From: an uncultured delta proteobacterium
GTDB taxonomy: Bacteria > Desulfobacterota > Desulfuromonadia > Geobacterales > DSM-12255
Assembly: GCA_963787125.1 (NCBI GenBank)
Contig: CAWBBV010000001.1
Coordinates: forward strand, 1 to 64,000
Reading direction: 5' to 3'
Length of the DNA stretch: 64,000 nt
This document shows, in pieces, positions 16,593 through 27,618 of this stretch (positions are counted from its first letter, which is position 1; each line of letters begins with the position of its first letter). The translations under genes were made by a program, and so were the position numbers. Under the pieces are notes generated by a model. The model was not told the DNA's origin, searched no databases, and was given only the letters and a program-made list of their open reading frames with translations.

Positions 16593-18785
16593 ATGAAAAA
16601 ACCTCTTTCAGTCATACTTATGTGGCATATGCATCAGCCGCTTTACAAAGATCCGGTCAGTGGTGAGTACATCCTCCCCTGGACATATCTCCATGGGATC
16701 AAGGATTATTACGATATGGCTGCCATCGTCGATGAGGTCGATGGTGCCCGGGCGATCTTCAATTTTGTCCCGTCGCTGCTGGAGCAGCTCGAGGATTATG
16801 CCGGCGGAACAGCGATTGATCCCTTTCTGATCCATGGGAAGATGGATCCGGCAGAGATGGGGGACAAGGAGAAGCTCTTTGTCATCGGCAACTTCTTTGC
16901 CGCCAACCGGCAGAGGCTGATCGAGCCGAATCGCCGCTACGCGGAGCTTTTTCGGCTTGCCGGAGACAACCCGGCAGACGATTCTGCCAGACTTCTGCGG
17001 CAGTTCAGGGCGCAGGAGATCATGGACCTTCAGGTATGCTTCTTCCTTGCCTGGACGGGTGAGGCTGCCAGACGAAGATATCCGCAGCTGCAGGCGCTTG
17101 TTGCCAAAGGACGCGGCTACACCGCCGAAGACAAAACGCTTCTTTTTGATCTCCATCGGCAGATTCTGAACGAAATCATTCCGCTTTATAGAAAACTCCA
17201 CCTTGAAGGGAAGATCGAGCTAACGGTCACCCCCTACTTTCACCCTATTCTGCCGCTCCTTTGCGACACCAAAGCAGCAGCGACAGCCATGCCGCGAGTG
17301 CATCTCCCGGAACTCCACTTGCGCTGTCCGGAAGATGCCAAAAGTCAGATCCTTTCGGGTATCGCCTGTTTTGAGCGGATTTTCGGATTTCGGCCAGCGG
17401 GATGCTGGCCGTCGGAAGGCTCGGTCAGCGACCAGGTGCTCGCCATTATGGCCGAGGCCGGGATTGCCTGGGCGGCAACCGATGAGGGGATTCTTTCGGC
17501 TTCGATCGGCGGGCTCGGTATCGGGCGCGAAGCCCTTTATCACCCGTATGTTTTCAATAAAGGCGGCAAGGATATCGCGCTTTTTTTCAGGGATCATACC
17601 CTGTCAGACCTGCTCGGGTTCACCTACTCCCAATGGGAAGAGCAGAAAGCGATTGCGGATTTTGTCGAAAGGCTCAGACACATCGCCACCAGCCAGCCAG
17701 ATGCAACTGCAGTCTCCGTCATTCTTGACGGCGAAAATGCCTGGGAATACTACCCTGATAACGGTTATCACTTTCTCAAGGGCCTGTACGAAGCACTGTC
17801 AGCCTCCCATGAAATCCATTCCGCGACTAGCGGCGAAATACTGGCAAACTATGAAGCACGGCAGCTGCAGCATATCCACCCCGGTTCCTGGATCAATTCA
17901 AACTTTGGGATCTGGATCGGCCATCCGGAAGAGAACCGGGCCTGGGAGCTTATCGCCAAAGCCCGAGATGCGGCGGTCAGAAAGAGCCCTGAGGTTGCCA
18001 GGCTGCTTACCGCCGGCATAAGTGATCTGGCCGCGATCAAAGATCCGCTGGCGGCCGGTGTCTGCCGTGATCTTTTTGCCGCCCAGGGGAGCGACTGGTT
18101 CTGGTGGTATGGCGACGATCATTTTACCTCCCACGGCGAGCAGTTCGACCTGCTGTTCCGCCGCCACCTCATGAGCATTTATCGTTCGCTCGGGCTTGAC
18201 ATTCCTGCCGAGCTGTACGAGCCGATCAAGAAGAAGAGCCCGGCAGGCTTTATCCGCCCGCCGGCAGGCTTCATAACTCCTGAAATAAGCGGTCACGTCG
18301 GTGATTATTTCGAGTGGCTGGCAGCAGGGCTCTATGATCTGTCAAGGCAGTCATCGGCAATGCATTCGGCAGAAGCTTCCCTGCGGCTGTTCTATTACGG
18401 CTTCGACCAAAAGAGTCTCTACTTCAGGATTGACTGTGAAGGTCCCGTGGCAAGAATTATTCAGAGCAAAGACAATCTGGAGCTTTATCTGACTTTGAAG
18501 GACGAGTATCGGCTCATAATTGCTGCTGACAGCTCCACTGCCCCTCTGCAGGTCAAAGTTGACGGCCAGTGGCGCGGCATGAACATCACTTGCAGCTACG
18601 CACTGGCAAAGATTTGCGAAATCGCCGTACCGCTGGAGCAGTTAAATCTTTCTGCCGGCGATTGCCTGTTTGTCAGCCTTGTCCACCGGCGTGGCAGTAA
18701 CGATATCGGCAGATGGCCGACAGATGCCCCGATGAAGCTTCATTATGCGGGCGAAGAAATTGAACTTGATACCTGGTTGATATAG
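16593..18785 (+). CDS. Glycoside hydrolase family 57 (amylopullulanase-like)
   Basis: WHMHQP, HPILPL, WPSEGSVS, LDGENAWEYY, GSDWFWW. Confidence 0.93.
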   Translation: MKKPLSVILMWHMHQPLYKDPVSGEYILPWTYLHGIKDYYDMAAIVDEVDGARAIFNFVPSLLEQLEDYAGGTAIDPFLIHGKMDPAEMGDKEKLFVIGNFFAANRQRLIEPNRRYAELFRLAGDNPADDSARLLRQFRAQEIMDLQVCFFLAWTGEAARRRYPQLQALVAKGRGYTAEDKTLLFDLHRQILNEIIPLYRKLHLEGKIELTVTPYFHPILPLLCDTKAAATAMPRVHLPELHLRCPEDAKSQILSGIACFERIFGFRPAGCWPSEGSVSDQVLAIMAEAGIAWAATDEGILSASIGGLGIGREALYHPYVFNKGGKDIALFFRDHTLSDLLGFTYSQWEEQKAIADFVERLRHIATSQPDATAVSVILDGENAWEYYPDNGYHFLKGLYEALSASHEIHSATSGEILANYEARQLQHIHPGSWINSNFGIWIGHPEENRAWELIAKARDAAVRKSPEVARLLTAGISDLAAIKDPLAAGVCRDLFAAQGSDWFWWYGDDHFTSHGEQFDLLFRRHLMSIYRSLGLDIPAELYEPIKKKSPAGFIRPPAGFITPEISGHVGDYFEWLAAGLYDLSRQSSAMHSAEASLRLFYYGFDQKSLYFRIDCEGPVARIIQSKDNLELYLTLKDEYRLIIAADSSTAPLQVKVDGQWRGMNITCSYALAKICEIAVPLEQLNLSAGDCLFVSLVHRRGSNDIGRWPTDAPMKLHYAGEEIELDTWLI

Positions 18786-18798
18786 TAACGGAGATAAT

Positions 18799-19824
18799 AT
18801 GTCAGAACTGCGGTGGGATCCGCTTAAAGAGCACTGGGTAATTATAGCCACGGACCGGGGTCGCAGGCCGCGGGACTTCGATATGGAGCGTATACACCCG
18901 CAAAACGATGTCTGTCCTTTCTGCTACGGCTTCGAGGGGAAAACACCCCCGGAAATATTCTCGATCAGAAGCTACGGTGAGCCGAATAATCCGGGCTGGC
19001 AGGTGCGGGTGATCCCCAATAAATATCCGGCGCTGCGGGTTGAGGGCGAAGTGAAAAGCCGGGGCTACGGTCTCTACGATGTCCGTGACGGCGTTGGCGC
19101 CCATGAAGTTATTGTTGAAACTCCGGATCACCGCAAAGGGATGGCTGATTTTACCGCAGCGGAGATTGCCAATGTGCTCATTGCCTACCGGGCCAGACTG
19201 CTCGATCTACGCAATGACTTCAGACTCCGGCATCTGGTGATTTTTAAAAACCATGGCGCCCAGGCAGGGGCGACCTTGAGCCATTCCCACAGCCAGCTGA
19301 TTGCCGTGCCGCTGACTCCGCCGGTGGCTGCCAAAGAGCTGCATGTCTGCCGGAAGTTTTATGAGACCCATGAACGCTGTATTTTCTGTGATCTGATCGA
19401 GTTCGAACTGAAAGAGGGGGCCCGCATCGTCATTGAAACCGCCGAATTTGTGGTGATGACCCCGTATGCCGCCTGCTTCCCGTTCGAACTGCGCCTCTAT
19501 CCGAAACATCACGCCCATGACTTTGCCCTGATGAATGACCGGCAGCTGGCCGAACTGGGGACCGTCATGAAGGACATGCTCCAAAGGATCAGAAGTGTCC
19601 TCAAAGATCCAGCCTACAATTTTATCCTCCACACCTCCCCGCCCCAGCAGTCACGTCCCGGCAGACCTGAATACTGGGACTCCCTGGCATATGATTATCA
19701 CTGGCATATCGAGCTGGTCCCCAGACTGACCCAGATCGCCGGTTTTGAGTGGGGCACAGGGTTTTTCATCAACCCGACCTCTCCGGAAGATGCTGCTACT
19801 TTTTTGAGGGAAGCGGAGGTCTGA
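18799..19824 (+). CDS. galT: Galactose-1-phosphate uridylyltransferase (GalT-like)
   Basis: CPFC, NKYPAL, GAHEVI, GATLSHSHSQ, GFEWGTG. Confidence 0.9.
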   Translation: MSELRWDPLKEHWVIIATDRGRRPRDFDMERIHPQNDVCPFCYGFEGKTPPEIFSIRSYGEPNNPGWQVRVIPNKYPALRVEGEVKSRGYGLYDVRDGVGAHEVIVETPDHRKGMADFTAAEIANVLIAYRARLLDLRNDFRLRHLVIFKNHGAQAGATLSHSHSQLIAVPLTPPVAAKELHVCRKFYETHERCIFCDLIEFELKEGARIVIETAEFVVMTPYAACFPFELRLYPKHHAHDFALMNDRQLAELGTVMKDMLQRIRSVLKDPAYNFILHTSPPQQSRPGRPEYWDSLAYDYHWHIELVPRLTQIAGFEWGTGFFINPTSPEDAATFLREAEV

Positions 19825-19911
19825 ATCTGTCACCGATTATTTTAATCGACCCCCTTTAGAACCGGCGTTGCGACTTTCCCGTACTCCGGTTTTTTTCGAA
19901 CGGAGCCAGCG

Positions 19912-22803
19912 ATGACAACAAAAAAACCGAAATCACCCCAGCTACTCCGCCAGCGTGCCGAAGAATTATTCCAGGCGAGCGAAGCCTTAATCCCGGAATC
20001 GACCTCACCAGAAGAAATAAAACGAATCTTCAAGGAACTGCGGGTGCATCAGATTCAACTGGAGCTGCAGAACGAAGCGTTGCGCTGCGCTCAAGCTGAC
20101 CTGGACGCCTCGCAAGCCCGTTACTTTGAGCTTTATGATCTGGCGCCGGTCGGTTATCTGACGCTCGGTGAAGCCGGGTTGATTCTGGAAGCTAATCTTG
20201 CTGCTGCCCAGATGTTTGGTGTTGCCAGGGACAGACTGATACACCAGCCGCTTGAACGGTTTCTCTGTATGGACGATCAGGATTGCTTCTATCTGGCTCG
20301 ACAAGGTGCGCCGCAGGTAACTGAAATAAACCTGCAGCGACCTGACGGTTCTTCCTTCTGGGCACTGCTGCAGGCGACCCCTGCAGCTGCCGGCGAGCAC
20401 TGGATCACCTTGAGTGATATATCCGAGCGTAAACAGGCCGAGCTGGCCCTTCGAGACAGTAAAAACCAGTACGACATTCTTGTCTCCGAGATAGCCATCG
20501 GTATTTACATCTTGCATAGTAAACCGGAAGGCACATTCGTCTTAGATTATGTCAGCTCAGTGATGGCAACAATACTTAACGTCACCGTTGATAGCCTTCT
20601 GGCAAATGGTCAGATTTTTTTCCAGCATATTCACCCGGAAGATCTGGATTCCTTTGTCAGCTTGAATCAGGAAGGGATTCAGAGTCTTAAACCATTCAAT
20701 TGGGAAGGCAGGTACCTTGTCGATTCAGCCGTCAAGTGGCTGCATTTCAAGTCATCACCATATCCTCTGGGGAACGGAGACGTTTTGTGGCATGGCATCG
20801 TCACTGACATCACCGAACGTAAACGGGCGGAAGATGCTCTGGCCAGCAGCGAGCGTTTCTTGCAGGCAGTCATAGACACAGAACCCGAGTGCATCAAGAT
20901 GCTTGATAGCAACGGCAATCTGTTGATGATGAACCGGGCCGGATTGAAGCTGATAGGTGCTGACTCACTCGAAGAGGTAAAAGGGGAGTGCATATACCCT
21001 TTGATCACCGAATCATACCGGGAAGCCTTTATAGATCTTACGAAACAGGTCTTTCAGGGAGTTCCTGGAACACTTGTATTTGAAAGTGTCGGCCTTAAAG
21101 GGAGGCATGTCTGGCTTGAAACCCACGCCGTTCCGTTTCGTGATGAACGAGGAGAAGTCAGTACACTCCTTGGGATAACCCGTAATGTTACCGACAGGAA
21201 ACAGGCAGAAGATGCTCTAAGGGAGAGCCGGGAAAAGTATAAGGCTAATGTAGATAACTCGTTCGATGTGATTTTTACACTTGACGCAGCTGGTACCTTT
21301 CTGTTTGTCTCCCGCGCCTGGGAGCGGCATTTCGGTTACACCATCAAGGAAGTCCTCGGCAGGAATTTTGCCGAGTTCGTCCATCCGGACGATATTGCCC
21401 CCTGTGCCACATATCTCGAAGGCATATTTCGTACCGGAAAAAGCAAGACAAGCCCGCCGTTTCGGGTTAAACGCAGTGATAGCAGCTGGCGCAGCTTTAT
21501 TGCCAACGGCTCTCGCTATGCAGATACCCATAACGAGTCGCAGTTTATTGGTGTTGCCCATGATATTACCGAGCAGCTTGAGGCAGAGCAAGCCCTGCTC
21601 CAGGCCAAAGCTGTCGCCGAATCCGCCAACAGCGCCAAGAGCCAGTTTCTGTCGACCATGAGTCACGAAATCCGTACTCCGATTAACGGCGTTCTCGGCA
21701 TGATTCAACTGCTGCATCAAACCGAACTTACTTCAGAACAGCGCGAGTTCACCACACTAGCCTTACAGTCAGGCAAAAGGCTTGTACATCTGATTAACGA
21801 TATCCTCGACCTTGCCAAAATAGAAGCTGGCGGGATAGAGCTGGAGATAGCCGACTTTGATCTGCCGGCGATGATTGCCGATACCATCAACTTGCTGTCA
21901 TTTCAGGCCCGTGAAAAAGGGTTGCACCTGGCCTCATCAATAGCTACCGGAGTGCCGGCGGCATTGAAAGGTGATGCCGGACGACTACGGCAGATCATCA
22001 TCAACCTGGTCGGCAACGCCATCAAATTCACCCCAAAAGGCACAGTAACGCTGCACATCCAAAAAAATAGCGAAGCTGACATCTCCGTTTCCCTCTGTTT
22101 TCTTATTCATGACAGCGGTATCGGCATCGCGGCCGACAAACTGGAGCATATCTTTGACCCGTTCATTCAGGCCGACGGCTCTACAACTCGTACCTATGGC
22201 GGTACCGGTCTGGGGCTGTCTATTTGCAAACGCCTGGTCGAGCTGATGGGCGGTACTATCACTGTCGAGAGTGTAGAAGGGGAAGGGTCAGTATTCGGAT
22301 TTACTGTGGTGCTGGAAAAACAGGTTGAAGCACCGGTCGCACTGCCGCCTGCCGCGGCAGAAACTCGCAAGGAGGCATTTCGCAGCGCCGGAATCCGCAT
22401 ACTGTTGACTGAGGATGACCCGATTGCCCAGAAAGTTGTCTCCAGGCTGCTGAAGAATTGTGGCTATCTGGTCGATGTGGCCAGTAATGGCAGGGAGGCC
22501 TTAACGGCTCTTGAAAAAACCGATTATGCGCTGGTCCTGATGGACTGCATGATGCCGGAAATGAACGGTTACAACGTCACCGCCGTCATCCGCGATCCGA
22601 CTTCAGCAGTGCGTTGCCATGACATCCCGGTAATTGCTCTCACCGGCAACGCCATGATGCATGATCGTGACCACTGTATTGCCGCCGGAATGGACGATCA
22701 TCTATCCAAGCCGCTCCTGTTGCCTGATTTGCTTGCCATGCTGGAGAAGTGGTTGAAAGAGGGGGGAAAGAGACACAAACGAGGTAAATCTTGCCACAGC
22801 TAA
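19912..22803 (+). CDS. Multi-PAS hybrid histidine kinase with receiver domain
   Basis: Four PAS/PAC repeats (DITERK-like); MSHEIRTP H-box; NLVGNAIKF, GGTGLGL; LMDCMMP receiver. Confidence 0.93.
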   Translation: MTTKKPKSPQLLRQRAEELFQASEALIPESTSPEEIKRIFKELRVHQIQLELQNEALRCAQADLDASQARYFELYDLAPVGYLTLGEAGLILEANLAAAQMFGVARDRLIHQPLERFLCMDDQDCFYLARQGAPQVTEINLQRPDGSSFWALLQATPAAAGEHWITLSDISERKQAELALRDSKNQYDILVSEIAIGIYILHSKPEGTFVLDYVSSVMATILNVTVDSLLANGQIFFQHIHPEDLDSFVSLNQEGIQSLKPFNWEGRYLVDSAVKWLHFKSSPYPLGNGDVLWHGIVTDITERKRAEDALASSERFLQAVIDTEPECIKMLDSNGNLLMMNRAGLKLIGADSLEEVKGECIYPLITESYREAFIDLTKQVFQGVPGTLVFESVGLKGRHVWLETHAVPFRDERGEVSTLLGITRNVTDRKQAEDALRESREKYKANVDNSFDVIFTLDAAGTFLFVSRAWERHFGYTIKEVLGRNFAEFVHPDDIAPCATYLEGIFRTGKSKTSPPFRVKRSDSSWRSFIANGSRYADTHNESQFIGVAHDITEQLEAEQALLQAKAVAESANSAKSQFLSTMSHEIRTPINGVLGMIQLLHQTELTSEQREFTTLALQSGKRLVHLINDILDLAKIEAGGIELEIADFDLPAMIADTINLLSFQAREKGLHLASSIATGVPAALKGDAGRLRQIIINLVGNAIKFTPKGTVTLHIQKNSEADISVSLCFLIHDSGIGIAADKLEHIFDPFIQADGSTTRTYGGTGLGLSICKRLVELMGGTITVESVEGEGSVFGFTVVLEKQVEAPVALPPAAAETRKEAFRSAGIRILLTEDDPIAQKVVSRLLKNCGYLVDVASNGREALTALEKTDYALVLMDCMMPEMNGYNVTAVIRDPTSAVRCHDIPVIALTGNAMMHDRDHCIAAGMDDHLSKPLLLPDLLAMLEKWLKEGGKRHKRGKSCHS

Positions 22804-22828
22804 CTTGTTTGGTGAATTACCAAACCCC

Positions 22829-23140
22829 TTACCTCATAGCCGTCAACAAAATCCCGTCTGACATCAAGACAGCCCTGCAGCCTGAAAAGCCGCATGATTT
22901 CAGTCTGGAGAGCAGAAAGGGCGCCGCCGGGAAGAGCGCGCCGTCAAAATGGAGCTCCAGGGTGCCGTCAGGGCGCAGCAGACTGTGGATCTCTGCAAGC
23001 GCCGCTGAAAATGCTTCGGGCGCTATGACAGTCCTGCTGCCGTTTTTCGGAGATTCGAAGCGGATATCCTGCCGCTTTACCGGAAAGAGTGAGTACTTTA
23101 CCAGCAGTAATGTTGCGCGAAGATTGTTGATGTTTACCAT
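22829..23140 (-). CDS. Hypothetical protein
   Basis: 103-aa ORF divergent from the CheR-like gene with GAGAG RBS. Confidence 0.55.
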   Translation of the reverse strand: MVNINNLRATLLLVKYSLFPVKRQDIRFESPKNGSRTVIAPEAFSAALAEIHSLLRPDGTLELHFDGALFPAAPFLLSRLKSCGFSGCRAVLMSDGILLTAMR

Positions 23141-23154
23141 TCTCTCAGCTTATC

Positions 23155-24225
23155 ATGCCTTTCATCATGAACCAACACCTTGATGCGCAGATTTTTTCAT
23201 TAACTCCGGATTCAAGACCATCTGCTCTGGAGGCAACTCTGGCAGATCTGCTCGTACCCGGAAATATTCAGGACGGCAGGCTAAACGCCTACTGTAAAAG
23301 CCTTCAGGATCGCTTCAACCTATTCTGCTCGACCTGTCCCCCCCCCCAGTGGCACAAAGGCCTCATAATCACGGCAGAGATACGTAGTCAGACCGAAAAC
23401 TACCTCCCTCTTGCGGAGATACAGGCGGCGTTCCGCTATCTGCTCCAGCGTTCCTGCCGACATCTCCCCTTTCTGCCGGCTGTGCCGATTTTCTCAGCAC
23501 TTTCCTGGGCAGACGCTCTTGAGCGGCTCAGCTCATCTGTCTTCGGTTTAAATCCAGCCCTGACAATAGCCGCGGTCGCAGCAGATCAAACGCTGCGGAC
23601 AAAGGTGCTGGCAGCGCTCTTCATTCCCAACAGATATGGTGGCAGTCGGGAGCGTTATCCGCTGCAGAGCAGATTCCTCCAAAAATGGCTACATACGTGT
23701 GGCCGACAGCCAATCGCCGCTCTTGATGCCGCCTGTGGTTCAGGAGAAGGTGTTTATGAGCTGGCGGCAGTAGTGGCTAACGCGGGGTGCGAGCCCCACG
23801 CAACGACTGTTCACGGCTGCACGGTCGAACCGCTGGAGCTGGTTGCTGCCGCCCGCGGTTGGTTTCCCCACGATACTGACCGGGCTGCAGCTGTTAAAAG
23901 TTTGATGGCACGACCAGGCTGTCGGGGGTCAATTCGCTTTTTCAGGGAGGATATCTGCTGGCCGATAGAGAGTTCGGTACGGTATGACGTGGTGGTCTGT
24001 AATGGGCTGCTGGGCGGGCCGTTGTTGCACGAGATAACCGCCCTTGAAGCTGCAGTCAAAGGGCTGGCGCAACGACTGAAAAAAGGGGGGATAATTCTTG
24101 CGGCTGACCGTTTTCATTCCGGCTGGCGCAGAGTTATCCCCCTTAGTAAACTTGAGCTTTTATTTGTAGAGCACGGGATCAGGCTTATGGAATTGCCCGA
24201 AGGGATTGGCGGCATCAGAACTTGA
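23155..24225 (+). CDS. CheR-like SAM-dependent methyltransferase (atypical N-terminus)
   Basis: LDAACGSGEGVYELA; YDVVVCNGLL; LKKGG. Confidence 0.7.
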   Translation: MPFIMNQHLDAQIFSLTPDSRPSALEATLADLLVPGNIQDGRLNAYCKSLQDRFNLFCSTCPPPQWHKGLIITAEIRSQTENYLPLAEIQAAFRYLLQRSCRHLPFLPAVPIFSALSWADALERLSSSVFGLNPALTIAAVAADQTLRTKVLAALFIPNRYGGSRERYPLQSRFLQKWLHTCGRQPIAALDAACGSGEGVYELAAVVANAGCEPHATTVHGCTVEPLELVAAARGWFPHDTDRAAAVKSLMARPGCRGSIRFFREDICWPIESSVRYDVVVCNGLLGGPLLHEITALEAAVKGLAQRLKKGGIILAADRFHSGWRRVIPLSKLELLFVEHGIRLMELPEGIGGIRT

Positions 24226-25195
24226 AAAGAAGGCCACCCCAGGAAAGGCCACCGCCAAAACCGAGCACCAGCACGAGGTTGCCTGGCTTGATGGTGCCGT
24301 TTCTCCGGTTTTCATCCATGACCAGTCCGACCGAGGCGGCAGCTGTATTGCCAAACCGGTCGAGGTTCAGGAGGAATTTCTCCCGGCCAATGCCTGTTTT
24401 CTTGGTGATATGGTCGATTATCCGCAGGTTTGCCTGATGCGGGATAATATAGTCGAGATCGGCAGGCGCTATCCCGGCCTTGGCTGTTACCTCTTCGATG
24501 ATTTTGGGGATGATGTCCGTAGCGAAAATAAAGACTTTCTTCCCTTCCATGAAAAAGTAGTTTTCCTTATTGGCAATGGTCTCAGCCGTTACCGGTTTGC
24601 GGGAACCGGATGATGGCACTTGGATAAGCTCCCAGCCATTGCCGTCGCTTTTGATCATCGAGTGCAAGAGTCCAACCCGTGCTTCGGTTCCCCGGAGAAT
24701 CACCGCGGCAGCACCGTCACCAAAGAGCGGACATGAACCTTTGTCGCTAAAGTCGAGGATCTTGGAGTAGGTATCGGCGCCGATAACCATAACTGTGCGG
24801 CATTTTCCGGCCTTAATGAAGCTGTCGGCGGTATCAATGGCATAAACAAGGCTGCTGCAGACTGCGTTCATGTCAAAGGCAAAGGCATTGCTCGCCCCGA
24901 TGTTTTTTTGAACCATACAGGCAGTAGCAGGGAGCGACATGTCAGGAGTCGAGGTCGCCACAATAACGCAGTCCAGCTCGGCAGGATCCATGCCGATTGC
25001 CGCCAGCGCGTTCTTAGCTGCGGCCGTAGCCAGGTCTGATGTTGACTGGTTGTCATTAACAAAACGTCGCTCGCGAATCCCGGTTCGCGACTGAATCCAG
25101 TTGTCGGCGTCCTCTATCAGATAGCTGAAAAAATCGTTAGGAATAATTCTTTCCGCAAGACCTGAACCTGTTGCAATTATTTCCGAGTAGAGCAT
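24215..25195 (-). CDS. fabH: 3-oxoacyl-ACP synthase III
   Basis: RTGIRERR, NAVCS, LFGDGA, PHQANLRI, GNTAAAS, GFGGGLSWG. Confidence 0.95.
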   Translation of the reverse strand: MLYSEIIATGSGLAERIIPNDFFSYLIEDADNWIQSRTGIRERRFVNDNQSTSDLATAAAKNALAAIGMDPAELDCVIVATSTPDMSLPATACMVQKNIGASNAFAFDMNAVCSSLVYAIDTADSFIKAGKCRTVMVIGADTYSKILDFSDKGSCPLFGDGAAAVILRGTEARVGLLHSMIKSDGNGWELIQVPSSGSRKPVTAETIANKENYFFMEGKKVFIFATDIIPKIIEEVTAKAGIAPADLDYIIPHQANLRIIDHITKKTGIGREKFLLNLDRFGNTAAASVGLVMDENRRNGTIKPGNLVLVLGFGGGLSWGGLLFKF

Positions 25196-25282
25196 TTACC
25201 CTCCAGCTAGCCGTAATAAAACAGTGGTTTTATCAATCTAATTTTATTACACATAAAAAGATGTAAGTCAAATTAAACATTT

Positions 25283-25615
25283 TCAATCAGCAGGGGATCC
25301 TTTCCGCTTTGCCGGTTTTGCTGCATCGACAACAGCCATCCCCCAAAGCAGGATAAATCCGGTTAGCAGCCAGCCAATTTCAGGCGAACTGCCGGTTATG
25401 CTCTCCAGCAGCTTCACTGCTTCCTGGGGGCCGGAGACTCTTGCAGTGACAAGAAAACTGCCCATCTTTTTCATGACAATAAACAGCGCTGCCAGAAGAA
25501 AGATATTTACCAAGACCAGAAAAACCGCCCCTTTCAGCTTTTCACCTTTGTAAAGTTGGCCGATTCCAGGGAGCACAAATGCTGACAGTAGTAGAGCTTT
25601 AATATTTAATCGCAT
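25283..25615 (-). CDS. Small membrane protein
   Basis: LSAFVLPGIGQLYKG motif and two or three hydrophobic segments. Confidence 0.7.
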   Translation of the reverse strand: MRLNIKALLLSAFVLPGIGQLYKGEKLKGAVFLVLVNIFLLAALFIVMKKMGSFLVTARVSGPQEAVKLLESITGSSPEIGWLLTGFILLWGMAVVDAAKPAKRKGSPAD

Positions 25616-25676
25616 GCCATTCCTCTTGAATTGAGTAGTTGTAAAACCTGCTGTTTTTGATAATAATGCCTTTACT

Positions 25677-26258
25677 ATGGAGCAGAGTCAGATGTCAAAA
25701 AGAAAAGAGCTGCTGATCCGGATGCTGAAGGACCCCGAAAGCGAAGTCAGTGCGGCTGCAGCAACTGCCCTGGAACGTCTTGAAGGTGCGCAGCGGTTCG
25801 AAGATGTTCTGGAGCAGCTTAAAAAAGGTGGTCTGGCGGAAAAGGTCAGAGCAATTTATGCATTAGGCGGCATAGGCGGGGAAAAAGTCCTCAAGCCACT
25901 TGTTTACTGTGCATCAAGACCGGAGGATGATCTCAAGGCTGCAGCCATAGATGTGCTTGGAGCCCTGGCAGAGCGCTCAACAATTCCGATCCTTTTGGAA
26001 AAACTCAAAGACGACAATTCGGGGATACAGGCTAAAGCTATCGCGGCTCTGGGAAACTTTGCGGATAAAACCATTACCCCTCAGCTGTTGCCGTTTTTTG
26101 ACTCAGGGGACGGTCTTACCGATGTTGAAGCCGTACTGGCAATTGCAAAGGCAGGAGATATCTCACAGGAATACCGTATCATGCAACTTGCTGTTTCACC
26201 AATCGCTGCGACAAGAGCAGCGGCGGCAACTGCACTCGGAATACTCAAGCCTGCTTGA
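25677..26258 (+). CDS. HEAT/PBS-lyase repeat protein
   Basis: Repeated VRAIYALG / AAIDVLG / AIAALG units. Confidence 0.85.
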   Translation: MEQSQMSKRKELLIRMLKDPESEVSAAAATALERLEGAQRFEDVLEQLKKGGLAEKVRAIYALGGIGGEKVLKPLVYCASRPEDDLKAAAIDVLGALAERSTIPILLEKLKDDNSGIQAKAIAALGNFADKTITPQLLPFFDSGDGLTDVEAVLAIAKAGDISQEYRIMQLAVSPIAATRAAAATALGILKPA

Positions 26259-27618
26259 AGTATTCACCCACATCGATCCCTTTTGAGATCGGATTAATAA
26301 CGGCAACGATTGCCGGCACCCCGCCTTTCCTCTCCGCAAGTTTTTCTGTTACAGGTTTTTCTATTCTATTGCCGGCTCGATCAAAGATAACTCTCACCTG
26401 AGGCGTTTCCGGGCTCCCCAGACTCCCCATCCACACAAGAGCAATTTCATTTGTATCGAGCCGGATAACGGTACCTGGAGGATATTTCCCCATCATCGTG
26501 GCAAAGCCGGCTACCATCTCCGGGTTGAGAAACTCACCGGCCAACTCCTTCATCCGGCTGATTGCCGCTGAGGGGGGCATCGGCTGCTGATAGACACGCA
26601 GCGTTGTGCAGGCGTCGAAGCAGTCTGCAATTGCGACTACCTGACACAAGCTGTTTAATTCATGATTTCGCGCCCACTCCGGATACCCTTTCCTGTTGTA
26701 GCGAAGGTGGTGCCCAAGCACAGCCTCTGAAATATTGTTGGAGAGGCCTGCCATTTTTTTGATGATCTTAACACCGTCTTCAGGATGTTTTTTGATTGCG
26801 TCAAACTCTACAGTCGACAGTTTACCCGGTTTATTAATAATCGATTTGGAGACCATAGTCTTGCCAATGTCGTGCAGAAAGCCCGCCATACCCGCTTCTT
26901 CGATACTTTGACGGTCAAGCTTGAGATGCGCAGCCAGTGCCAGGGAGATAACCCCGACATTGACACTATGGTTGAACGTGTAATTGTCATAGTCCTTTAT
27001 CATTGACAGACAGGCTACTACCTGTGGATCCTGGGCAGCAATATCCGAAAACTGCCTGGTTGCAGCCAACAGCCGTTCGCTTGAAGGTATCCGGTGTGCT
27101 TCGATATCGGTGAAGGCCGATCTGATCGATTCCAGGGCATGCTGATAGGCATAGCCGGCTTCATGGAGCAACCGCTCTTCCGTATCCTCCTCAGACATGA
27201 CCATAATATGGGTTATGCGGCTCTCTTCCAGCCGGCTTATAAGGTCGGTTGTTGCCAGAGACTTGTCGGCCAACAACCGAGCCAGTTCAAATAACTCGTC
27301 AGGCTGAACATCCTGCATGATGATAATTGCATCAATCTTGCGCGATGCAAAAAGATTGGCAAGCTCTTCAACCGGCGCAGTGGAGGCAACAAAAAGATGA
27401 TCCTCCACAAAAAGCATTTCATCAGCTATGCCGAGCCGCAGAGAATTAACGCCTTGGAGATGCTCAATCAGCAGAGCATGCAGGTCATTCAGCGGCCTGA
27501 CAAGAGCCGGATTTCCCGGGGGATAGAGCGAACTGCTCCGGATGAGCCCAGAAAAGATGGAGGCAAGCCGTTGAGCATTGGGGAACGTAATTTTTTGAAT
27601 ATTCTGTGGAGTGATCAT
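26245..27618 (-). CDS. HD-GYP domain cyclic-dinucleotide phosphodiesterase
   Basis: YTFNHSVNV, LHDIGK, HH.RYNRKGYP, ADCFDA, GKYPPG. Confidence 0.88.
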   Translation of the reverse strand: MITPQNIQKITFPNAQRLASIFSGLIRSSSLYPPGNPALVRPLNDLHALLIEHLQGVNSLRLGIADEMLFVEDHLFVASTAPVEELANLFASRKIDAIIIMQDVQPDELFELARLLADKSLATTDLISRLEESRITHIMVMSEEDTEERLLHEAGYAYQHALESIRSAFTDIEAHRIPSSERLLAATRQFSDIAAQDPQVVACLSMIKDYDNYTFNHSVNVGVISLALAAHLKLDRQSIEEAGMAGFLHDIGKTMVSKSIINKPGKLSTVEFDAIKKHPEDGVKIIKKMAGLSNNISEAVLGHHLRYNRKGYPEWARNHELNSLCQVVAIADCFDACTTLRVYQQPMPPSAAISRMKELAGEFLNPEMVAGFATMMGKYPPGTVIRLDTNEIALVWMGSLGSPETPQVRVIFDRAGNRIEKPVTEKLAERKGGVPAIVAVINPISKGIDVGEYFKQA